Source of the DNA: Kofleriaceae bacterium
GTDB lineage: Bacteria; Myxococcota_A; Polyangia; Haliangiales; Haliangiaceae
DNA: 64,000 nt
Direction of reading: 5' to 3'
Assembly: GCA_046597055.1 (NCBI GenBank)
Contig: JBKJLC010000278.1
Location: 25,766 to 89,765, forward strand
A program made the position numbers and the translations under genes. This document shows, one piece after another, positions 1 to 9,968 of the stretch (the first letter of the stretch is position 1; every line of letters begins with the position of its first letter). The notes below the pieces were generated by a model. It had not been told where the DNA came from and did not search any database. It worked only from the letters and a program-made list of their open reading frames with translations.

Positions 1-1596
1 GCCGCCACGCCAGCCGCCAGACAGCCAGCCGCCCACGCGGCCGAGGACGGACGGACGCTCGGCACGGTCGGTCAGCTCGGCGCTGGTGAGCCCGTGATCG
101 ATCTCCGCGACCGGCAGGGCGACCTCCGCGCTGGCGCCGAGGAGCGTCCGCCCGACCTGGTCGGCGATCGCCAGCCGGGGCTCGGCCCGGCGCTCGCGCG
201 GCGCCGGCCGGACCGGCACGGTGCGATCGCGGCCGACCTCGGGCCGCGCCGCGCCCCAGCGCCGGCAGCCGGCACAGCGCCAGGCGAACTGGATCGTGCG
301 CCGGCCGCAGTGGCTACAGCGCCACGATGCGCCGTCGGCCCAGGCCAGCGCGCCGCCGTCGCCGCACAGCGCGGCCAGCTCGGCAACGATCGCGGCTTGA
401 TCGCCGGACGCGAGCGCGAGCCGCGCCGCGGCGATGCGGGCCGGCAGGTACTCGGGTGAGGACGCCGCGACCAGGCGAAACCGCTCGAGCGCGGCGGCGG
501 CGTCGTACGGACCGATCGCCTCGGCCGCGGCCACGCCAAGATGCGAGCTGTGCGAGGTCGCGGCCAGCTCGCCCAGGGTAGCGGCGGTGGCGAGCGCGGC
601 CGCGCGGTCGAGCGCGGGATCGGCCCCGGCCGGCGCCGCCGCGATGATCGTCGCGCCGTCGTCCTCGAGCTCGTCGAGACCAGCCGCGAGGACCGGGCGA
701 CGCTCGTCGATACCGGGCCGGCCGACCGGGCTGACCGCGATCGGCTCGCCCCTGCCGCGGCTGCCGGCGAGCTGGCGCTCGGCCTCGAACAGCCCCGGCA
801 CCAGGAAGCGGGTCAGCTCGGGCGCCGCCAGCAGGGCCTGCCGCAGGCGCTCGCGGGCCGCCTTGGGCTGCTTGCGGGCGGCCGCGAGCTCGGCGGCCGC
901 GACCAGGAAGTGCGCGCTCTCGCTGGTGGCGGTGGCGTCGCCATCCTCGTCGCTGCCGGGCTCGGCCCGGGCGTCCTTGAGCAGCCGCTTGGCGCTGTCG
1001 AGATCACCGGCGGCGATCGCGCGCTGGGCGGCCGCGCACAGCAGGTGATGCTGACGGCGCGGGGTGCGATCACCGCGCAGCTTGGCCAGCCGCATCCACG
1101 CGCCGGCCGCCTCGGCGAACCGGCCCTGCTCCTCGTAGAGCCCGCACAGCGCGCGCAGCGCGCCTTCGTGGCGCGGCTCGGACACCAGCACCTCCTCGAG
1201 CGCGCGCACCGCCCGCCGGGGCATGCCGGTGGCGCGGAAGTCGAGGCCCAGCTCGTACAGCGCGCGCAGCCGCAGCCGACTCGAAGCGCCCTCGCGCACC
1301 GCGAGCGCCTGGTGAACGCGGATCGCCCGCTCGTGCTCGCCGCAGCTGCGGAACAACGCGGCCAGCGCGAAGTAGGGCTCGCTGTCGTCGACGTTCTCCT
1401 CGACGACCTTGCGCAGCTCGGCGATCACGGTGTGGTGGTCGCGCGCGATCAGGTGGGTGAGCGCGCGCATGTAGGCGCGGCCGTGCCGGGCCGAGCGCCG
1501 CAGCATGCGGTCGTCGGGCACGTAGTAGCGGCCGATCAGGACGCCGGTGGCGAGCGCACCGAAGCCGACCAGCAAGATGATCAGCGCGGCGCCCAC
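1..1596 (-). CDS. lapB: Lipopolysaccharide assembly protein B (LapB/YciM)-like TPR + rubredoxin protein; 3' end outside window
   Basis: Not in the ORF track (no stop inside the window). Translated by hand from GTG at 1596, directly after the lapA stop. N-terminal TM helix (VGAALIILLVGFGALATGVLIG), TPR motifs (YFALAALFRSCGEHERAIRVHQAL; LYELGLDFRATG) and the rubredoxin-type motif WRCSHCGRRTIQFAWRCAGCRRWG at ~252-324. Confidence 0.88.
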   Translation of the reverse strand, partial: MGAALIILLVGFGALATGVLIGRYYVPDDRMLRRSARHGRAYMRALTHLIARDHHTVIAELRKVVEENVDDSEPYFALAALFRSCGEHERAIRVHQALAVREGASSRLRLRALYELGLDFRATGMPRRAVRALEEVLVSEPRHEGALRALCGLYEEQGRFAEAAGAWMRLAKLRGDRTPRRQHHLLCAAAQRAIAAGDLDSAKRLLKDARAEPGSDEDGDATATSESAHFLVAAAELAAARKQPKAARERLRQALLAAPELTRFLVPGLFEAERQLAGSRGRGEPIAVSPVGRPGIDERRPVLAAGLDELEDDGATIIAAAPAGADPALDRAAALATAATLGELAATSHSSHLGVAAAEAIGPYDAAAALERFRLVAASSPEYLPARIAAARLALASGDQAAIVAELAALCGDGGALAWADGASWRCSHCGRRTIQFAWRCAGCRRWGAARPEVGRDRTVPVRPAPRERRAEPRLAIADQVGRTLLGASAEVALPVAEIDHGLTSAELTDRAERPSVLGRVGGWLSGGWRGG

Positions 1597-2049
1597 TCAG
1601 GTCCTCCGCAGGTCGTCACCGGCGTCGTCGCCGTCGGCGTCGGCGTCGAACGCACGATCGATCGCGACCAGCACCCTGGCCGCGTCGGCGTCGGGCGACT
1701 CCGGCAGATCCTCGAGCGGCGACGGCTCGACGAACGGCAGGTTGCGCAGCCGGATCAGCTCCTTCTCCAGCCGCGTGATCAGGCCCTCATACTGCCGGCG
1801 CCGCCACAGGTAGTACATGCTCCACAACAACAGCGCGGCCAGCGCCAGGGTCGCGAGCAGCCAGCCCGCGATCAGCAGCGGCAGCCAGATCTGGAGCTGG
1901 CGCTCGGGGGCGAGGTCGACCAGCCACGGCGGCACGTCGACCGACACCCAGCTGCCGTTCGCGACCAGGAACAGCCCGACGATCATGCCGAGGGCGATGA
2001 AGGTGAGCGTCACCGTCGCCTTCGCCGCGATGCGGAGCCAGCGGATCAC
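1597..2049 (-). CDS. lapA: LapA family membrane protein (LPS assembly protein A)
   Basis: Two TM helices followed by a coiled-coil segment (ITRLEKELIRLRNLP); abuts lapB as in the canonical lapAB pair. Confidence 0.75.
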   Translation of the reverse strand: MIRWLRIAAKATVTLTFIALGMIVGLFLVANGSWVSVDVPPWLVDLAPERQLQIWLPLLIAGWLLATLALAALLLWSMYYLWRRRQYEGLITRLEKELIRLRNLPFVEPSPLEDLPESPDADAARVLVAIDRAFDADADGDDAGDDLRRT

Positions 2050-2068
2050 CGGCCGAGTCTACTCCGGT

Positions 2069-4507
2069 TCAGACGACGCCGGTGTGGCCGGCCAGGATCT
2101 GCGCGTTGGCCAGCCGACGCGCGTCGGCCTCCACCCGCATCACCGACCACAGCTCGGGGCTGGCTGCGACCACCTCGTAGAAGTCGCGCGGCGGCAGCAC
2201 CGCGAGCTCGCACGGCCCGGCCGCGATCACCGACGCCGACGCCATCTCGCCGGACAGGAGCGACATCTCGCCGAAGTACGAGCCCTCGCCGAGCGTCGCG
2301 AGCACGACCCCGCGCCGATCGCTGGCGCGGCGGACGACCTCGACCGCCCCGAGGACGATCAGGTACAGGCCGCCGGCGCGCTCGCCCTGACGCACGATCG
2401 CCTGCCCGCTCTCCGCGTGGAGCGGGTGGAAGCGAGACAGGAGCGGCGGCCGCTGCTCGTCGGGCACCAGCGCGAACAGCCGGGTCGTGAACAGCAGGTT
2501 CGACAGCAGGCGCTCGCGGTAGAAGCTCTCGAGCGCGGGCCCGACCTCGCGGTAGCTCGCCGCCAGCTCGCGCAGGAGCAGGCGCGGGATCTCGTAGATC
2601 TCGCACTCGGTCACCGCGCGCACCGTGGCGTGACGGCGGCGATCCGCGAGCAGCGCAAACTCGCCGAACAGCGAGCCGTCGGACAGCCGGGCGATCTCGA
2701 CCATCTCGCTGCCGTCGGGCGCGCGCTTGTGCACCGCGACCTCGCCGTGGACGATCACGTAGCAGGCGGCGCCGGGCTCCCCCTCGCGGATGATCACCTC
2801 GCCCGCCGCGTACTGCTTCACGACCGCGCGCTGGGACAGCTCGACCGCCGCCTCGGGCGGCAGCATCGAGAATACGCCGAGCGGACCTTCGAGCGCAGCG
2901 CCATCGGGTCCGAGCGCCAGCAAGGTCGCGTCGAACGACCGGTCGAAGGTCGCCGAGACTGGATCATCGACCGGCGGCCGCGGGTCCGCCCGCAGGTCAC
3001 CGCGCAGGGTGGTGTCGCGCGGGGACTCGGCCCGGCTGGCGCCCGCCGATGGCGATGACGCCGAGCCGACGCCGGGGGCCGAGCCCAGCCCCTGGGGCGT
3101 CATCCCGGGCGGATGGGTCGGCTCGTCGTCGTCGTGCTCGTCGTGCCGATCATGGCCCGCCGGGTCGTCGTGATCGTCGCGGGTCGCGTTGGCCGGATCG
3201 TTGGCCTCGGTCGCGTCGATCCGCGGCACCCGCCCGGTGGTCGACGCCCCGTCGTCGCCGGGATCGGTGCCCGGCTCGCTGCCATCGAGCGAGTCGAGCG
3301 CGGCGTCGAGCGGCAGGTCGGTCGGGGTCGTCTCGGCGGGCACGAGATCGAGCAGCGCGAGGTCGTTGGCCGACAGCTTCGGGCGCTTGCGGGTCGCCAT
3401 CTCACGCGCGAAGTCGCTGACCGACGGACGCTCGATGATCTCGGGCCGGACCTCGGTCTTCGCGTCGGGGGCGTCGTCACCGGCGCTGCCAGCACGCCCG
3501 GGTGGCCGCGGTGGCGGCGGCCGACTTGCCGGCTCGCGGTGCGGCGGCGGTCGGGTCTGCGAGGTGATGCGCGGCAGCGCCGTGCGCGGCGGCGGCGGCG
3601 GTGGCGGTGACGACGGCGACCCCGGGGGCCGCACCGCGAGCGGCGGCGTCTGGGTGCCCGACTTGGCGCGGATCGGGCTGCGCACCTGGGTCAGGGGAAT
3701 CACGGTATCGCCGTCGTCATCGGTCGACGAGCGATCGGCCGGGCGCAGCGACGGCTGCGGCGTCGGTGCCATGTGCGCGAGCCGCTCCGCCATCTCGACC
3801 ACGCTGTCGCGCCCGATCGTGTCGTGGAGGGCGAGCGGGTCCGGTAGCGGCGTGTCGACGTCGAGCGTGCTGGGCCGGCTGGCTGGCGTCGGGGTCGGGG
3901 TCGGGGTCGGGCCCATGGTCGCGCCGCGCGCGGGCGCCGGCGCGGTCGACGAGATCGGCGGCCCCGACGGCCCCCGCGCCACCCGATCGATCAGCGACGG
4001 GACCGCCGGCGGAGCCGGCGGCGGCGGCACGTGCTTCATCGTCGACGCGACCGAGCCGAGCTCGCGCACCGACACTTCGGCCGGCAGGACCCGCGTGCGC
4101 GAGACGGTGCCGCTCGCCGGCGACAGGCCCGGCTGGGCGACCACCGGGGCCGGCCCGGTCCCTGCGGCCGACGGCCCGGTCGGCGGCGGCATGGTCGGCG
4201 CACGGCCGCCCGGGGGCCCGAACGGCGGCACGATGGTCGCGCTGGTGCTGCGCTCGAGGTGCAGGAGCATGCCGTAGAGCTCGCTGTCCTCGGGCGCCAG
4301 CTCGAGCGCACTGCGGCACACCGCGGCAGCCTGGCCGTTGCGGCCTTGCTCGGCGTAGGCGCGTGCCACCGAGCGGTACAGCTCGAGCGCCTCGTGCGTG
4401 CGCAGGCCCTCGCGATAGGCCGCAGCCAGCTGGAGCCGCACCGCCAGATTGCCGGGCTCCTTCTTGAGCTCGCGCTCGAGATCGCGGATGGGACGCTTGG
4501 TGCTCAT
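2069..4507 (-). CDS. TPR + Pro-rich linker + tandem cyclic-nucleotide-binding domain protein (812 aa)
   Basis: N-terminal TPR-like helices, long Pro/acidic disordered linker, two cNMP domains ([33 protein letters not shown]). Confidence 0.88.
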   Translation of the reverse strand: MSTKRPIRDLERELKKEPGNLAVRLQLAAAYREGLRTHEALELYRSVARAYAEQGRNGQAAAVCRSALELAPEDSELYGMLLHLERSTSATIVPPFGPPGGRAPTMPPPTGPSAAGTGPAPVVAQPGLSPASGTVSRTRVLPAEVSVRELGSVASTMKHVPPPPAPPAVPSLIDRVARGPSGPPISSTAPAPARGATMGPTPTPTPTPASRPSTLDVDTPLPDPLALHDTIGRDSVVEMAERLAHMAPTPQPSLRPADRSSTDDDGDTVIPLTQVRSPIRAKSGTQTPPLAVRPPGSPSSPPPPPPPRTALPRITSQTRPPPHREPASRPPPPRPPGRAGSAGDDAPDAKTEVRPEIIERPSVSDFAREMATRKRPKLSANDLALLDLVPAETTPTDLPLDAALDSLDGSEPGTDPGDDGASTTGRVPRIDATEANDPANATRDDHDDPAGHDRHDEHDDDEPTHPPGMTPQGLGSAPGVGSASSPSAGASRAESPRDTTLRGDLRADPRPPVDDPVSATFDRSFDATLLALGPDGAALEGPLGVFSMLPPEAAVELSQRAVVKQYAAGEVIIREGEPGAACYVIVHGEVAVHKRAPDGSEMVEIARLSDGSLFGEFALLADRRRHATVRAVTECEIYEIPRLLLRELAASYREVGPALESFYRERLLSNLLFTTRLFALVPDEQRPPLLSRFHPLHAESGQAIVRQGERAGGLYLIVLGAVEVVRRASDRRGVVLATLGEGSYFGEMSLLSGEMASASVIAAGPCELAVLPPRDFYEVVAASPELWSVMRVEADARRLANAQILAGHTGVV
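3888..3911. repeat. (GTCGGG)4 hexamer repeat encoding a PTPTPTPT linker
   Basis: gtcggg x4 read directly; in frame within the 2069-4507 CDS. Confidence 0.8.
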
Positions 4508-4556
4508 GGAGCGGTCACGATCACGCGCGCCACCGGCAACGGCTGGCGCGAGCGGC

Positions 4557-5144
4557 TCACGTGGGCGACAGCGACACCGTGGCCTGGAACGTCATGCCCT
4601 GGGTCGCGGCCGGCAGCTTCCACTTGCCGGCGACGCTCTTCATGCAGCCATCGAACGCATCGCCGAGGTCGGGCGAGAACGAGCTGCGGTTGTGGTCGCC
4701 GGACGGGGCGAAGCTGGCCGACACCCGGAGCGAGATCGTGCGCGCCTGCAGCGCCGCGTTCTTCTTGAGCGCCTGCTCGTAGCACTTCTGGATCGAGCCG
4801 CGCGACTTGCCGACCACGTCGATGAACTTCTGAGACAGCTCGCCGGCGAGCTTGTCGTCGATCGGCGCGCCGCCGCCACCGCCGCCCGCGGGCCTGGCCT
4901 TGATCGTGAGCGCGTTGCCGTCGATGGCGAACGTGTACTGCTGGTCGCCGCCGGCGAGCTTCAGGCGCGCGATCTCGGCCTCGTAGCTCTGGATCAGCTT
5001 GTCCTTCTCGGCGAGCTTGCCGACCCGGGACTCGCAGTCGCTGAGCTTCGACAGCGTCTGCGGGCTGTCCTTGGTGGAGCCCTTGCAACCGGCAAGGGCG
5101 AGGGTGGTGGAGGCGAGAATGAGCGTGAGGCGGGATCTAGGCAT
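4557..5144 (-). CDS. Lipoprotein with coiled coil and AgmX/PglI-type (TonB_C-like) C-terminal domain
   Basis: Lipobox ALAGC after ATG at 5144. The C-terminal IQKCYEQALKKN...CMKSVAGKWKLP pattern is typical of myxobacterial AgmX/PglI C-terminal domains. Confidence 0.72.
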   Translation of the reverse strand: MPRSRLTLILASTTLALAGCKGSTKDSPQTLSKLSDCESRVGKLAEKDKLIQSYEAEIARLKLAGGDQQYTFAIDGNALTIKARPAGGGGGGAPIDDKLAGELSQKFIDVVGKSRGSIQKCYEQALKKNAALQARTISLRVSASFAPSGDHNRSSFSPDLGDAFDGCMKSVAGKWKLPAATQGMTFQATVSLSPT

Positions 5145-5568
5145 CTGGTTCTCCCGGCAGCTTGCCCGGAACGATCGGAGGAGGTGCGAGGGGATCGACG
5201 CGCTCGATGAAGCGCGCCACGACCGTGCCCCGGACCACGTGGGTGGCAACAATCTCGGCGGCCTTGGCTGGGTCTAGCCGATTATACAGTGCCGTGACCA
5301 GTCGCGGTCCGCCCCGGCGTGACGGAGGTAGATCGGCGAGGGCGAATCGGGGCGGATTGACCGCCAGCTCGGCTGGCAGCTCCCGGACCAGGGCGTTGAC
5401 GCCCTGCGAGCAGCGGCCGAAGCAGCTCTGCCAGGCCAGCTCGCAGGTCCGGGCCACACCCTCGCGGTCCAACGCGCTCACGAAGGCCTCGTGGACGACG
5501 CGGGAATTGCGGCGATCTCCACACTCGGGACCGCGGCACACCAATATCCGGAAGCGCCGCTCAGCCAC
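5137..5568 (-). CDS. Thioredoxin-like [2Fe-2S] ferredoxin domain protein
   Basis: ILVCRGPEC ... CFGRCSQG four-Cys pattern and LYNRLDP..AAEIVATHV tail; probable GTG start at 5568. Confidence 0.8.
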   Translation of the reverse strand: MAERRFRILVCRGPECGDRRNSRVVHEAFVSALDREGVARTCELAWQSCFGRCSQGVNALVRELPAELAVNPPRFALADLPPSRRGGPRLVTALYNRLDPAKAAEIVATHVVRGTVVARFIERVDPLAPPPIVPGKLPGEPDA

Positions 5569-5577
5569 GTCGCCACC

Positions 5578-5606
5578 AGCGTGGAACGCGGCCCGATTCC
5601 TGTCAA
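5578..5606 (-). promoter_or_regulatory. Sigma70-type promoter upstream of the ferredoxin-like gene
   Basis: Minus strand TTGACA (5606-5601), 17 bp spacer, CACGCT (5583-5578), 9 nt before the GTG start. Confidence 0.5.
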
Positions 5607-5663
5607 CCACCCCACCCGGCCGAGTCCCCCCGGCACGCCCGTGGTCCCCTGCCCGCTGCGGCC

Positions 5664-7532
5664 TTATCGCAGGGCGGACTTCGCGATCGCGGAGGTGGCC
5701 GGCACGGTGCGCGGGTCCTCCGCGACGTAGCGCAGCGTCTCGCGCGCTTCGGCGCCGCCGGCGGCCAAGGCCCGCGCGATGGCCTCCACCAGCGCGGCCT
5801 CTCCGGCGAACCCCGGGTCAGCGCGGTACATCAGCAGCTGGCGACGGAGCCGATCGTGCTCGGCGCCCTGCCCGACCGCGATCATTGCGCGCACGAGCTC
5901 GAGGCGGTCGGCGGTCGGCGTGGCCGGGTCCTCGGCCTGCGCCGCGAGCGCGGTCACCGCCTGATCGCGCTGGGCGGCAGTCAGCTCGCGCTCGCCCATG
6001 CCACCGATCGCGCGCGCGATCGCGGCGACCGCGGCGGGCTGGCTGCCGGTGATGTAGTCGTGGCGCAGCTCGAGCGCGACCAGCAGCGCCGGCAGCCCGG
6101 CCGGATCCTTGCGACCGACCAGCAGCTCGACCACCGATTCGCGCAGCTTGAGCGGCGTGCGCGGGTCCTGGACGATCGCCAGCAGATCCTTGGCGACGTC
6201 GGCGCCCTCGAGCTTGGCCAGCGCGGCCACCGCGAACTGCTTGATCTCGTCGAACCGCTGGTCGCGGTCACGCGCGATCGCGACCAGCGCGGCGACCGTG
6301 GTCGGCGTCTCGCCCTGGCCGGTCGGCGCCCAGCCGTCGCAGTCGAAGGTCGCGCCGAGCACCTGGCCACCGGCGTCGATCTTGCCGGTGGCCTGCAGCG
6401 CGCCCGTCGCGGGATCGACCGCGATCACGCTGCCGTCGGCGGCGACCCCGACCACCACGCGGCCGGCGTGGGCCGAGGCGACCAGCTCGACCCGCGGCTG
6501 GCTGTAGGCCCAGCGCAGGTCGCCGGCCGGCGACAGGCCGAACAGGAAGCGGAAGAAGTGCACCACCACGACGTCGCCGTCGAAGGTCAGCGGCCCGTCC
6601 CCCTTCGCGGTGCCCCGCCACAGCACGCGCTTGCGATCGAACGCCGAGTAGCCGGCCTGGACCGGGTCGAACGCGTCGCGGTCGTAGGTGGCGGTCGCCA
6701 GCTGCTTGGGCAGCGCGGCCGCGCCGTAGGTCGAGCCGCTCCGGGTGCCGCTGGACGCCCGGACATCGAGCCGGAAGATGCCGGCCTTCGAGCCGAACCA
6801 AGCGCCGTCGCTGGTCGTGCGCACGAAGGTGATCTCCTGATCGATGCCGCGGATGCGGGTGAGCTGCTCGCCGGTCCGGGCGTCGAGGATGGACAGCCAC
6901 TGGGTCAGGAACGGCGACAGCACCAGCCCGCCCTGCGCGGCCGGGGCGCCGAGCGCGCCCGGGGCGTCGTTCTTCCAGCGCTGCTTGCCGTCCGGGCCGT
7001 ACGCCGCGAGCGTCCACACCGGCCGCCCGACCGACGCGTGCTGGTAGGTCACATAGACCTGCTCGCCGTCGGTGGTCGCGCCGACCAGGTCGCCGTCGAC
7101 GGTGATCGAGCCGCGCGGCGCGCCGGTGGTGACGTCGCGGATGACGACCTTGCCACCCTCGCGCGCGACCACGAGCGGGCCGGCGACCGCGACCCGCGAC
7201 TGCACGTCGGCGTCGACCTTCCAAAGCGTGGCGCCCGCGGCGGCGTCATACGCGATCAGCTTCTTGGGCGTGCCAGCGATCACCGCGAGCACCAGCGGCT
7301 TGCCGAGCGCGTTGCTCACCGCCGGCGCGGCCGCGAGCGTGCGCCCGGCGAGCGCGCGGCCGAGCTGGTCGGCGTTGTTGTCGTCCGAGGTCAGGCCGAA
7401 CACCGCCTTGGGCCCGCAGCCGCTGACCGCGGCGACCGAAGCGACCGCCAGTGCGGCCGCCGCCAGCGCGAGCGCCGGGTGGCGCGACGGGCGGGTCGAG
7501 GACGTGGGCAAATCGATCGAGGACGTGGACAT
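5664..7532 (-). CDS. PQQ-like beta-propeller lipoprotein with C-terminal HEAT-like helical repeats
   Basis: Lipobox VSGC, PQQ-type blades (LIAYDAAAGATLWK; LSILDARTGEQL; VIAVDPATG) and a helical C-terminus. Confidence 0.78.
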   Translation of the reverse strand: MSTSSIDLPTSSTRPSRHPALALAAAALAVASVAAVSGCGPKAVFGLTSDDNNADQLGRALAGRTLAAAPAVSNALGKPLVLAVIAGTPKKLIAYDAAAGATLWKVDADVQSRVAVAGPLVVAREGGKVVIRDVTTGAPRGSITVDGDLVGATTDGEQVYVTYQHASVGRPVWTLAAYGPDGKQRWKNDAPGALGAPAAQGGLVLSPFLTQWLSILDARTGEQLTRIRGIDQEITFVRTTSDGAWFGSKAGIFRLDVRASSGTRSGSTYGAAALPKQLATATYDRDAFDPVQAGYSAFDRKRVLWRGTAKGDGPLTFDGDVVVVHFFRFLFGLSPAGDLRWAYSQPRVELVASAHAGRVVVGVAADGSVIAVDPATGALQATGKIDAGGQVLGATFDCDGWAPTGQGETPTTVAALVAIARDRDQRFDEIKQFAVAALAKLEGADVAKDLLAIVQDPRTPLKLRESVVELLVGRKDPAGLPALLVALELRHDYITGSQPAAVAAIARAIGGMGERELTAAQRDQAVTALAAQAEDPATPTADRLELVRAMIAVGQGAEHDRLRRQLLMYRADPGFAGEAALVEAIARALAAGGAEARETLRYVAEDPRTVPATSAIAKSALR

Positions 7533-8341
7533 CAGTCACCCCCCAGCATCGTCTTGAGCGCGGCCTCGGCCTCGCGCCGCGACTGCTTCGGCGGCTTGGC
7601 GGGGGTCGCATCGACATACTCGGTCAGCGCCGAGATCGCTTCGGGCCCGGCCAGCTTGGCCACCGTGCGCACCACCTGGACCCGCGCCGGCTCGGACGTG
7701 AAGTCGGGGCGGCTGAGGATCGCGCCGAGGCTCTGCGCCAGCACCGCATCGGGCGCGGTGCCCAGGTGCTCGGCGATCACGCGGGCGAGATCGGCGTCGG
7801 CGAGGGCGCCGAGCGCCAGCCCGGCCGACACCTCGCCCTTGTCGAGCAGCGCGAGCAGCGGCTCGGTCGCGCCCTTGACCCGCGCCGACGCCGCCGCCTC
7901 GGCGGCCGCGGCGCGCACGGTCGCTTCTTGATCGCGCAGCGCGAGCAGGACCTCGGCGCTGGCGCCCTCGTGGCGGGCCAGCGCGCGGACCGCCGCGGCC
8001 CGGACCCGCGGGGTGCGGTACTTCGCGTACGGCTTCACCGTCGCGAGATCGGTGGCGACTGGCGCCGTCGCCAGCGCGGTCAGCGCCGCGACCGCGACGT
8101 CGGGGTGGACCCCGGTCGCGAGCGCGTCGAGCAGCGCGCCGCGCGCGCCGACGTCACGCGAGGCCCCCAGCTCGGTGGCCGCCAGGGCCGCCTGCGCGGG
8201 GTCCGGGCCGATCAGCGCGGCCCGCGCCTTGTCGATATCGACCTTCTTGGCCGGTCGCCGCGGCTGGGCCGCCACCAAGGCCGGTGTCGCGACCAGCGCG
8301 AGCACCAGCACCATACGCCACGAACGGGAGAGACCAGGCAT
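7532..8341 (-). CDS. Exported HEAT-repeat protein
   Basis: Signal-peptide-like N-terminus, HEAT motifs (VRAAAVRALA; LRDQEATVRAAAAEA); its stop overlaps the start of the next gene. Confidence 0.75.
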   Translation of the reverse strand: MPGLSRSWRMVLVLALVATPALVAAQPRRPAKKVDIDKARAALIGPDPAQAALAATELGASRDVGARGALLDALATGVHPDVAVAALTALATAPVATDLATVKPYAKYRTPRVRAAAVRALARHEGASAEVLLALRDQEATVRAAAAEAAASARVKGATEPLLALLDKGEVSAGLALGALADADLARVIAEHLGTAPDAVLAQSLGAILSRPDFTSEPARVQVVRTVAKLAGPEAISALTEYVDATPAKPPKQSRREAEAALKTMLGGD

Positions 8342-8436
8342 CGGAACCCCTTGGGCGCGCCGCGCACCCGGCCCCGACGTAGCAGAAAATCCCACCCCGG
8401 ATCAAGCCGGCGGAAACGCTCACGCTCCCGCGGCAG

Positions 8437-8994
8437 CTACTCGTCGTTCGCCTTGGTGTCGTCGTCCGAGAAGTCGACCTTGCCGCTGTACGACTCGGCC
8501 TTGCCCAGGATCTTGAACTTGCCGGTCGCGACCACGGTGCCGGCGACCTCGACCGTCATCAAGATTTGCTTGTTCACGCCGACCTGCTTGCGGTCGAGGG
8601 TGAACTGCGAAATCAGCGAGCGCTCGCCGCGCTGATCGACGAACTGCTCGAAGCTACCGATCATCGTCCGGGGTGAACCGGGGCTGATGTCGTACAGCTT
8701 GATGAAGATCTCGATGTCGTTCAGCGGCCGCTTGAAGAAGGCCGCGAAGTGGATCTTCCAGGTCTTCTTGTCCTTGTCCTCCCAGAACTGGGTCTTGGAT
8801 TGCTTGCGCAGCGCGCCGACGTACGCATTCACGCTCTTGGCGTAGGACGGGTACTTCTTGTCGCTGGTGAGGACCTTGCCGCCGAAGACCTTCTCCGGTC
8901 CCTTCTGCGCCATCGCCGGACTGGCCAGCAGTCCGAGCAGCAGCACCGACACGACGACGATCAGGGACGCGAGCGAGAGCGAGCGAAATCTCAT
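8437..8994 (-). CDS. Exported hypothetical protein (Lys-rich, beta-rich)
   Basis: Signal peptide ending AMA, GGGAGG RBS, strong coding bias. Confidence 0.75.
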   Translation of the reverse strand: MRFRSLSLASLIVVVSVLLLGLLASPAMAQKGPEKVFGGKVLTSDKKYPSYAKSVNAYVGALRKQSKTQFWEDKDKKTWKIHFAAFFKRPLNDIEIFIKLYDISPGSPRTMIGSFEQFVDQRGERSLISQFTLDRKQVGVNKQILMTVEVAGTVVATGKFKILGKAESYSGKVDFSDDDTKANDE

Positions 8995-9035
8995 CAGGAC
9001 CTCCCGGACATGGACCGGATGCTAGGCGGGAAGAT

Positions 9036-9968
9036 TCACGCAGGACCAGCGGATTCGCCATCGCCGGGCGCGACCGCGCGCCGATCTGCGAGCAGCGCGG
9101 TGATGGCCGCGAGATTCTCGGGGGTCGCGGCGCCGGCGATGTGGGCAAGCCCGAGCGCGCGGCGACCGAGCACCCGGTAGAGCTCCTGCATCGCGGCGTC
9201 GGGCGCGAGCGCGTCGAGGTGGCGCGCCACCGTGCCGGCGTCGCCGCGGCGGATGGGGCCGGTCAGCCCCTGGGCCAGGCCGCGCTCGCTGACGTTGGCC
9301 AGCGCGCCCTGCGCCAGCGGCACCAGCGCGGCGACCGCGGCGGCCTCGTCGATCCCGGCCTCGCGCAGCAGCCCGACCGCGGCATCGAGCACCGCGACCA
9401 CGTAGTTCGACGCGATCGCCGCGGCCGCGTGATAGCGCGCCATCGCCGTGCTCTCGAGCGTCAGCGGGGTACCGCCGACCAGCTTGGCCAGCTGGGCCGC
9501 CGCCGCGCGGCCGCGGGCATCGCCCTCGACGCCGAACACGGTGCCCTTCCAGCCGCGCATCGCCGTGCGGGCATCGACCACCGCGCGCAGCGGATGGAGC
9601 GAGCCGATCCCGCCGACCTTGTCGGCGACCGCGCCGAACGCCTCGGCCGCCGGCATCGCGCCCGAGCAGTGCAGGAGCACGTGGCGATTACCGACCAGGC
9701 CGGTGCCGATCAGCCGGGCCGCGACCTCGGCGACCGCGTCGTCGCGCACCGCGATCAAGATGATGTCGGCCTCGAGCAGCAGATCCGGAGGCGCCGGCGA
9801 GAACGCCGCGACGCCGGCGGCGGCCGCGGCCGCGCGGGCCGAGGCCGGCTTGCGGGCCCACAGGCCGAGCACGGGCACCCCGGCCAGCCGGAGCCCGCCG
9901 GCCAGCGCGGTGGCGACCGGACCGGCGCCGACGATGAACGTGTTGGGAGTCGGGGTGCGGGTCGTCAA
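9036..9968 (-). CDS. Rossmann-like + DUF2520 oxidoreductase (PanG-like)
   Basis: GAGPVA dinucleotide-binding motif, HCSGA, SLHPL, YHAAAAIASN, LTGPIRRGD..TV..HL. Confidence 0.88.
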   Translation of the reverse strand: MTTRTPTPNTFIVGAGPVATALAGGLRLAGVPVLGLWARKPASARAAAAAAGVAAFSPAPPDLLLEADIILIAVRDDAVAEVAARLIGTGLVGNRHVLLHCSGAMPAAEAFGAVADKVGGIGSLHPLRAVVDARTAMRGWKGTVFGVEGDARGRAAAAQLAKLVGGTPLTLESTAMARYHAAAAIASNYVVAVLDAAVGLLREAGIDEAAAVAALVPLAQGALANVSERGLAQGLTGPIRRGDAGTVARHLDALAPDAAMQELYRVLGRRALGLAHIAGAATPENLAAITALLADRRAVAPGDGESAGPA

